Notes under the pieces: model-generated
Databases searched by the model: none
What the model saw: the letters and a program-made list of their open reading frames with translations, nothing else
What the model was told of the DNA's origin: nothing
Origin: an uncultured Elusimicrobia bacterium
GTDB taxonomy: Bacteria > Elusimicrobiota > Elusimicrobia > 2-01-FULL-59-12
Reading direction: 5' to 3'
NCBI GenBank assembly: GCA_963702895.1
Contig: OY969767.1
Location: 2,304,001 to 2,368,000, forward strand
Length of the DNA: 64,000 nucleotides
Shown: one piece after another, positions 58,195-64,000 of the stretch
Numbering within the stretch: position 1 is the stretch's first letter
How the letters are laid out: each line of letters starts with the position of its first letter
Position numbers and translations under genes: made by a program

Positions 58195-58268
58195 GAGAGA
58201 ACGGATTATACCCCGTTTCGAAGGCCCGGGACAGCCCCCGTCCAGCTCAGGGTATAATAAGGCAGGCT

Positions 58269-58850
58269 ATGAAAATTCAGCTCTTTCTCATTCCTTTGCT
58301 CTGCCTCACTCTGGCAAGGGCGGAAAATGACATTTCCGCGCTAGAGACGGGGGTGGAGCGCGAAGACGATACCACCTCGGCCATGGAATCCGAAGCCCAC
58401 GGCATCATTCCTGAAGGCGTGGTGGCCGTCTCCACGCCCCCCCTGACTCCGATTAGCGTGGTGCTGGAAAAAAAGCCATATGAGCAAGCCTTGGAGGAAC
58501 TGGCTCTCGCCCAGGAGCTCTGGAAAAAAGGCAAGGCCGAGGCCGCCTCGGACGTCGCCTTGCAGGCCTATGACGACCTCATGGGCATCCATGTCCCCAA
58601 AAAGAAAACCCAGCAACGCCAGAAACTGCGCCTTGAGCGCCGGCAAGCGGCGACGCTTTACATCGACGCCAGCGTCGCTTACATTCAGGAATACATCAAC
58701 ATGAAAGGCAGCACGCCGGCTGCTATTAAGGAAGGACGTGCCCGCTTGGGCGATTTGTGGGACGTGGCGGTGAACTATCCAGAACTCCAGAAGAAACTTC
58801 GTCGCACCCTGGATGCTTACGACACGACGCTCTCAAGCTCGACCCGCTGA
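58269..58850 (+). CDS. Hypothetical exported helical protein
   Basis: Signal peptide MKIQLFLIPLLCLTLARA; TATAAT 10 nt upstream. Confidence 0.65.
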   Translation: MKIQLFLIPLLCLTLARAENDISALETGVEREDDTTSAMESEAHGIIPEGVVAVSTPPLTPISVVLEKKPYEQALEELALAQELWKKGKAEAASDVALQAYDDLMGIHVPKKKTQQRQKLRLERRQAATLYIDASVAYIQEYINMKGSTPAAIKEGRARLGDLWDVAVNYPELQKKLRRTLDAYDTTLSSSTR

Positions 58851-58904
58851 CCTTGAAGACGCAGGAACACCGGCTTTCGGCGCAGTGCCCGCTGGATTCA
58901 AAAG

Positions 58905-58933
58905 TTGACGCCTTTCCTCAGGACTGGTATACC
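58905..58933 (+). promoter_or_regulatory. Putative promoter for the NlpC/P60 operon
   Basis: TTGACG-N17-TATACC(T), 6 nt before GTG 58940. Confidence 0.5.
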
Positions 58934-58939
58934 TTCCTC

Positions 58940-59899
58940 GTGTTGATCGCGCTTGCGCTTCTTGTCCTATCACTCCCAGCTTTGGCTTCGCCCAGTTCAC
59001 TTAAGGCTCTCGTGATGGTGCCCGCCGCTGATGTCTGGAGCCGGCTTCCACAGGACCGCGCGGCCCCCGCCGATGAAGAGAGGGAAACGCAGGTGCTCTT
59101 CGGCGAAGAAGTCGTGGTTCATGAAACCCAGGGCGATTGGGTCAAAATTGAAGCGCTCGAGCAGCCGGAATTTACCCACCGGCAAGCCTGGGAAGGCTAC
59201 CCCGGTTGGGTGCACAAGAGCGCGCTTCGGATCGACGCGCTACGAAACGAAACGGGCGCTGTGGTTATCTCCAGCTGGACGTCGATTACAGAGCCAGAGT
59301 CGGCGCCCCATCTCTGGATCCCTCTGGGGAGCCTGATCCGTCCGATGGCGAGGACCCGTGATTGGTACGTCGTGTCGACGTTCTTAGGTGATCGCTGCGT
59401 CGTCATGGACCAAACCCGCTCCACCAAGCCCTCCAAAGGCCCTCTTCGCCACCAGATCCTCTCCGCTGCCACCGTTTTCTTGGGTGTTCCATATCTTTGG
59501 GGCGGTCTCACGGCGGGGGACCCACCCCCGCCACAGACACCGAGCGTCTCAACGAAGCATGGCGTGGATTGCTCCGGTCTCGTCCATCTCGCCTACCGGG
59601 CTTGCGGCCTGAAGATCCCGCGAGATTCCCATGAACAATGGATGAGGGCCATACCCCTCGAAAGGAAGGACCTTCGGCCCGCGGACCTCATTTTTTACGC
59701 CCAGGCGGACAAGCCCAAAAAGATCACCCATGTCGCGCTTTATACGGGTTATGACGGGATTCTGGAGTCCCCCCACACAGGATTAACGGTCAGAAAAATT
59801 TCTTTTAAAGAAAAATTCGGTGAGGACATGATCAAAGTCCGCTCGGGCGATCGTCTGGGCGAGCGGGTGATCTACTTTGGGCGTCTGGTGAAAGACTAA
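58940..59899 (+). CDS. SH3b + NlpC/P60 (C40) peptidase, YkfC-like
   Basis: ETQVLFGE, YPGWV, PYLWGG, DCSG, PRDS, THV. Confidence 0.9.
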   Translation: MLIALALLVLSLPALASPSSLKALVMVPAADVWSRLPQDRAAPADEERETQVLFGEEVVVHETQGDWVKIEALEQPEFTHRQAWEGYPGWVHKSALRIDALRNETGAVVISSWTSITEPESAPHLWIPLGSLIRPMARTRDWYVVSTFLGDRCVVMDQTRSTKPSKGPLRHQILSAATVFLGVPYLWGGLTAGDPPPPQTPSVSTKHGVDCSGLVHLAYRACGLKIPRDSHEQWMRAIPLERKDLRPADLIFYAQADKPKKITHVALYTGYDGILESPHTGLTVRKISFKEKFGEDMIKVRSGDRLGERVIYFGRLVKD

Positions 59900-60960
59900 T
59901 GCCTTCTATTCGCTCCCTCCAGGCAAGTCCCATCCAATACCGCCTCAAGAGTCCCTTAGTGACCGCCGCGGGCAAGAAGAAAGAAACCCATAATGTGCTG
60001 GTCATGCTTACGCTCGAGGATGGCACGAGGGGCCTGGCGGAGGCCTCCTCTTCGATCGCCATGCCGCAGGAGTCGCAGAGCAACATGCTGGACGCCATCA
60101 AACTTCTTAGGCCTGAGCTCCGCGGCAAACCCATTGAAGAGTATCGTGATCTCATCCAAAGGGTGTGGCGCCTCGCCGTCTATCACCCTACCGCCGCGGC
60201 GGCCGTGGAATGTGCGCTCCTGGATGCCTATACGCGCTACCTCAAGCAACCCCTGGCGGCCTTCTTCGGAGGAAAGATCTCCACGATCGAAACAGATCTC
60301 ACGATCTCTCTCGGCAAACCCGTGCTCATGCATCAACAGGCCAAGGATGCCGTTCGAAAAGGTTTTCGCAGGCTCAAAATCAAGCTTTCCGGGGCGCTCC
60401 CCGCGCTGGATCTTGAGCGCATGCGGGCTGTCCGGAAAGCGGCGCCGCGCGCGCTCCTGGTGGCCGATGGCAATCAGGGCTTTCGGCTATCGCACGCGTG
60501 CGATTTTCTCCATCGCCTGAAGCGTGAGGGGATTGCCATCCACTTTTTTGAGCAGCCCTTGCCGAAGCACGATCTGCGGTCCATGCGACTTCTTCGCCAA
60601 AGAACACATGTCCCCTTGTTTGTGGATGAATCCGTGCTGAGTCCGGCAGACGCCATTCGCGTTTTTGAAGCGGAGGCGGCCGACGGCATCATCATCAAGG
60701 TCGCGAAAAGCGGGCTGCTGGGGGCGCTGGACATCCTCCACATCACCCAGCGCTTCAAGAAGAGACTGGGCATCGGCTGTATGGAAGAGTCGAAGCTGGG
60801 CCTTGCGGCGAGCGTCCACCTGGCCTGCGGCACGGGGGCCTTTGAATGGGTGGACCTCGATTCCGTGTTCCTGCTCGCTGAACACCCGCGCCGTGGCGGC
60901 TTCCACATTCGCGGGTCGCGACTCTCCGTCACTGGAATACGATCAGGAATTGGAATTTGA
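59899..60960 (+). CDS. Dipeptide epimerase (L-Ala-D/L-Glu epimerase, enolase superfamily)
   Basis: KIK, DGNQG, EQP, DES, K, GCM.E, DLD motifs. Confidence 0.9.
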   Translation: MPSIRSLQASPIQYRLKSPLVTAAGKKKETHNVLVMLTLEDGTRGLAEASSSIAMPQESQSNMLDAIKLLRPELRGKPIEEYRDLIQRVWRLAVYHPTAAAAVECALLDAYTRYLKQPLAAFFGGKISTIETDLTISLGKPVLMHQQAKDAVRKGFRRLKIKLSGALPALDLERMRAVRKAAPRALLVADGNQGFRLSHACDFLHRLKREGIAIHFFEQPLPKHDLRSMRLLRQRTHVPLFVDESVLSPADAIRVFEAEAADGIIIKVAKSGLLGALDILHITQRFKKRLGIGCMEESKLGLAASVHLACGTGAFEWVDLDSVFLLAEHPRRGGFHIRGSRLSVTGIRSGIGI

Positions 60961-61084
60961 AAAAAGCCAGCGGATCGAAGCAGATCGTTGACAGCAAGAA
61001 CAGTCAGCAGACCACTCACATTTCATTTCTTGACGATCCCTCTTCGGCGATGTCCTTTCCGCTTTCGGGTCTGGATTTTTCTTC

Positions 61085-62302
61085 ATGATTTCCAATTCCG
61101 TCGCTGTCTCTGTGGTTCTGCTGGGGATCGTGCTGACACTGCTTCAACTGAACCAAAAACGAGTCTTCCCGAAACTCTTTCATTACCTGCCGCCCGCTTT
61201 CTGGTGCTATTTTCTACCCATGGTCCTTGCCACCTTCGGGATCTTACCCGAGAGATCTCCTGTCTATGACTTTCTCACCACCTATGTTTTATCAGCGTGT
61301 CTGGTGCTCTTGCTCCTGGACATCCGGCTTCCCTCCATCCTCAAACTGGGTCCGACCGCTTTGGGAACGATGGTGGTGGGGGCTCTGGGCATCGGTCTTG
61401 GAGCGGTCGCGTCCTACGCTCTGTTTGCGAAGTCACTTCCACCCGAAACCTGGAAGGGAGTGGGCGCCCTCTCGGCCAGCTGGATTGGAGGAAGCGCGAA
61501 TATGCTTGCGGTCAAAGAAGGCCTCCAAGCGCCGGACGCTGTGTTTGCTCCGATGGTGATCGTCGATACCGTGATCACCTATTCCTGGATGGGGATCCTC
61601 GTCGCCCTTGCCCCCTGGCAGGGCGCTTGGGACCGTTGGGTGGGAGCCGACCGTACGACACTCGAGCATGTCGTTGAGCGCCTGCAGTTCATGTCCTCCC
61701 CCTTGGTCGGGGAGGAAGCGGCTGGGGGTGTCCCCCCATCCTCGCCTTCCCCCACAAGGGGGGAAGGGCCAGCGGTCTGGCACGCGGTGTGGCTCCTCGG
61801 GTTGGGGATGATCGGCGGTGCGGTGTGCATGAAACTGGGAGCCAGCCTCCCCAAAACCTCCTGGCTCTCAGGCTCCGGCTGGGCTTTTCTCCTCGTGACC
61901 CTTTTGGGCATCTTGCTTTCGCTCACCCCCGCGGCAAAACTGGAGCGCTATGGAGCCTCCCGCTGGGGTTATTTTTGCCTGTATCTTTTACTTGCCGCCA
62001 TAGGATCCAAAGCGCGACTTCAATACATTTTCCAGGCACCGCGGCTCTTGCTCATGGCCTCGACTTGGGTGGTGATCCATGCTCTGATTCTGGTTGGCTA
62101 CGGCTATATTCGCCACGTCCCCATGTTTTTCCTCGTGACCTCCAGCCAAGCGAACATCGGCGGGACCGCTTCAACCCCCATCGTGGCCGGTGTCTACCAG
62201 CCGAGGCTGGCCAGCCTGGGACTCTTCCTCGCCATTACGGGCAACGTGATCGGCACCTACGCCGGGATTCTGATCGCCCAAGCCTGCCGCTGGACCGGCT
62301 AA
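61085..62302 (+). CDS. DUF819 family membrane protein
   Basis: SWIGGSANM, SQANIGGTAS, GNVIGTY. Confidence 0.88.
   Translation: MISNSVAVSVVLLGIVLTLLQLNQKRVFPKLFHYLPPAFWCYFLPMVLATFGILPERSPVYDFLTTYVLSACLVLLLLDIRLPSILKLGPTALGTMVVGALGIGLGAVASYALFAKSLPPETWKGVGALSASWIGGSANMLAVKEGLQAPDAVFAPMVIVDTVITYSWMGILVALAPWQGAWDRWVGADRTTLEHVVERLQFMSSPLVGEEAAGGVPPSSPSPTRGEGPAVWHAVWLLGLGMIGGAVCMKLGASLPKTSWLSGSGWAFLLVTLLGILLSLTPAAKLERYGASRWGYFCLYLLLAAIGSKARLQYIFQAPRLLLMASTWVVIHALILVGYGYIRHVPMFFLVTSSQANIGGTASTPIVAGVYQPRLASLGLFLAITGNVIGTYAGILIAQACRWTG
61694..61768. repeat. Family-A-related double hairpin, in frame within DUF819
   Basis: tcctcccc..ggggagga and ccttcccc..ggggaagg; encodes SSPLVGEEAAGGVPPSSPSPTRGEG. 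Confidence 0.75.
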
Positions 62303-62384
62303 ACACCCCGGGGACGTAGACAGTTAACCGGAAAAGTTCTATTGGACGTGGTTGATCGACTGACACGTCGGGACTTTTTTGTGC

Positions 62385-62469
62385 CGTCATCCCGGCATGC
62401 CGTCAGCCGGGATCCATCATGTCTTTTATGTCGATGATGGACCCCGGATAACGGATCTCCGGGGTGACG
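62385..62469. repeat. Family B repeat, intergenic full copy
   Basis: cgtcatcccggc..gccgggatccatc..gatggaccccgga..tccggggtgacg. Confidence 0.8.
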
Positions 62470-62604
62470 TCAACTGCAGGTTTTCAGTTAACACTTGTAA
62501 ATTCTTCCGCCTGAGAATACTTTCTCCTTGAATATCGCCTGAATTCCCGTTAAACCCTTTCCGTCATCGCTATCCTTTCTGATTGGATAAAGGAGAAAGA
62601 TTTC

Positions 62605-64000
62605 ATGCGTTGTCCGCACAAGGTACAAACGATATTTTCATGCCTGGTCGCCTCCTGCCTCGTGTCCCAGCCGCTCTTGGCGGATGTGCCCAGGCTCATC
62701 ACACCGGACCACGCGCAAGCCATCTACCGGCAGCTGGTGGAGTTTCACTATACGCCGCAGACAGGGCTCTTCCGCAGTTTTCCCGATTCCACCGATTTAA
62801 AGCTTTCTCAACAAGCCTCGACCTATGAACAAGCGGCGATGGGGCTCCTCGCGATTCGTTTTGGAGACAAAGAGCGCGCAGAGGGTCTCTACCAATTCTT
62901 CAAGCGTGCCTGGGAGGCGGGGCCGCAGGCCCAGGGTCCGCGCTACGGGGTTCGAGGCCTCGCGAATTTCTACAACGCCTATTTTGGTTCGGAAGGAATT
63001 GAGAAAACGATTCACGCGGGGCCGAATGCCTGGGTGGGCCTCTTTGCCGCCAAGTACGCCAACACGACGAAAGACCGCCAAGCCCTCCAGTTCGCGCTGG
63101 ATATCCAGTATTGGATGGCGATGGTCCTGCCGCACGACCGCGGCGGGATCGCCATGGGACTGCGCAACGACCCTTATGGCGCCTCCTGGAACCGCATCTA
63201 TTCGACAGAAAACAACCTGAGTTACTTCGCTTTCCTCACCGAGATTCTCCGAAGCCCCGCGCTGGAGAAAAGCAAACGCATCGCCATCACGCAGGAGCGC
63301 GACGGCCTTGAGCGCTGGCTTTTCAAAATCGCTTACGACCCCAAGAAGCGCTCGATGCTGCGCGGCCTCAATCAGCATGGCCATGACATGATCCGCGCGC
63401 TGGACACCTTTACCTGGCTGATCTCGACCCTGGGCCCTCGGCGTCTCGATGAAAAGGGCCTTGATCCTTTTGCGCTCATGCGTCAGGCCGAACAAGAGTT
63501 TGAAGTCACCGTGAGCGGACTCCGCGGCGTGGACGCCACCGATGAGACGGAAGCCGCCCGTGTCTTTGTCGATCTGAGAAACCACCTGGAAGAAATCAAT
63601 CGTCCTTTCGACGATGGCCATCGCGTCATTTGGTACGAAGGACTGGGCCAGTATATCCTGGCCTGGAGCAAGCTGGCGGATTACGCCTCCCATATCGGTG
63701 ATCAAGAGAGGGCGGCAGCCTGCAGGCAAAAAGCCCAGCGGATGACCGAAGAATTTGACAAGGCGGCGCTCGCCCGGTTCAGCGGCCTGCGGGCCTATCC
63801 GTATGCGACGCCGGGTAAATTTTTCCGCTACGGCTGGGGTGCCCCGCGCGAAGCGGAGGGAGGCCCTGCTGCCTCCCTGATTGCGGGGATTTGGCGGTGT
63901 TTTGCCGGCCTTGGCCTGGATCCACTCTCCGGGCAATCGGCAGGATACGCAAAATCTCTCAAGGTCTCTCTTCCGCAAAACATCCAGCTGGCACAGAGCA
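62605..64000 (+). CDS. Secreted six-hairpin glycosidase-like protein, truncated by the window end
   Basis: AAGGAG SD; signal peptide MRCPHKVQTIFSCLVASCLVSQPLLA; STYEQA, GPNAW, STENN, IWYEGLGQ motifs; absent from the ORF track, presumably because it runs off the window. Confidence 0.7.
   Translation, partial: MRCPHKVQTIFSCLVASCLVSQPLLADVPRLITPDHAQAIYRQLVEFHYTPQTGLFRSFPDSTDLKLSQQASTYEQAAMGLLAIRFGDKERAEGLYQFFKRAWEAGPQAQGPRYGVRGLANFYNAYFGSEGIEKTIHAGPNAWVGLFAAKYANTTKDRQALQFALDIQYWMAMVLPHDRGGIAMGLRNDPYGASWNRIYSTENNLSYFAFLTEILRSPALEKSKRIAITQERDGLERWLFKIAYDPKKRSMLRGLNQHGHDMIRALDTFTWLISTLGPRRLDEKGLDPFALMRQAEQEFEVTVSGLRGVDATDETEAARVFVDLRNHLEEINRPFDDGHRVIWYEGLGQYILAWSKLADYASHIGDQERAAACRQKAQRMTEEFDKAALARFSGLRAYPYATPGKFFRYGWGAPREAEGGPAASLIAGIWRCFAGLGLDPLSGQSAGYAKSLKVSLPQNIQLAQS

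Noticed and set aside
62797..63978. 393-aa minus-strand ORF
   Set aside because: Antisense to the plus-strand glycosidase-like gene starting at 62605, which has an SD and signal peptide

Overview
GC-rich bacterial chromosomal window. The gene style (PorV-like barrel, giant FlgD-tailed surface protein, secreted FecR-domain protein, signal-peptide-bearing enzyme fusion) suggests Elusimicrobiota or a similar diderm lineage; this is inference only. Housekeeping content: Upf1-like helicase, cold-shock protein, aas plus a duplicated MFS, typA, coaX, mdh, PilB/GspE ATPase, the aspS-phoH-HD-ybeY-corC-recO-glyQS string, and an NlpC/P60 + dipeptide epimerase + DUF819 cluster. Two IS elements are present: IS1380-family, and IS4-family with IRs and a 9-bp TSD. 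Most notable observations: (1) a c-di-GMP-I-like riboswitch with an expanded, multibranched P2 heading a ~13-kb FecR / beta-barrel / 2974-aa surface protein / PorV operon, with an HFS autoproteolysis-like motif in the giant protein; (2) a signal-peptide-bearing APH-kinase + PfkB + RmlD fusion inserted into the conserved corC-recO operon; (3) a perfect four-way junction that buries the glyQ initiation site; (4) several families of palindromic or heptameric repeats inserted in frame into housekeeping proteins, one nested inside another; (5) an IS4 whose end supplies a replacement GTG start codon to the gene it interrupts. All product calls come from motif recognition by eye; no database searches were run.
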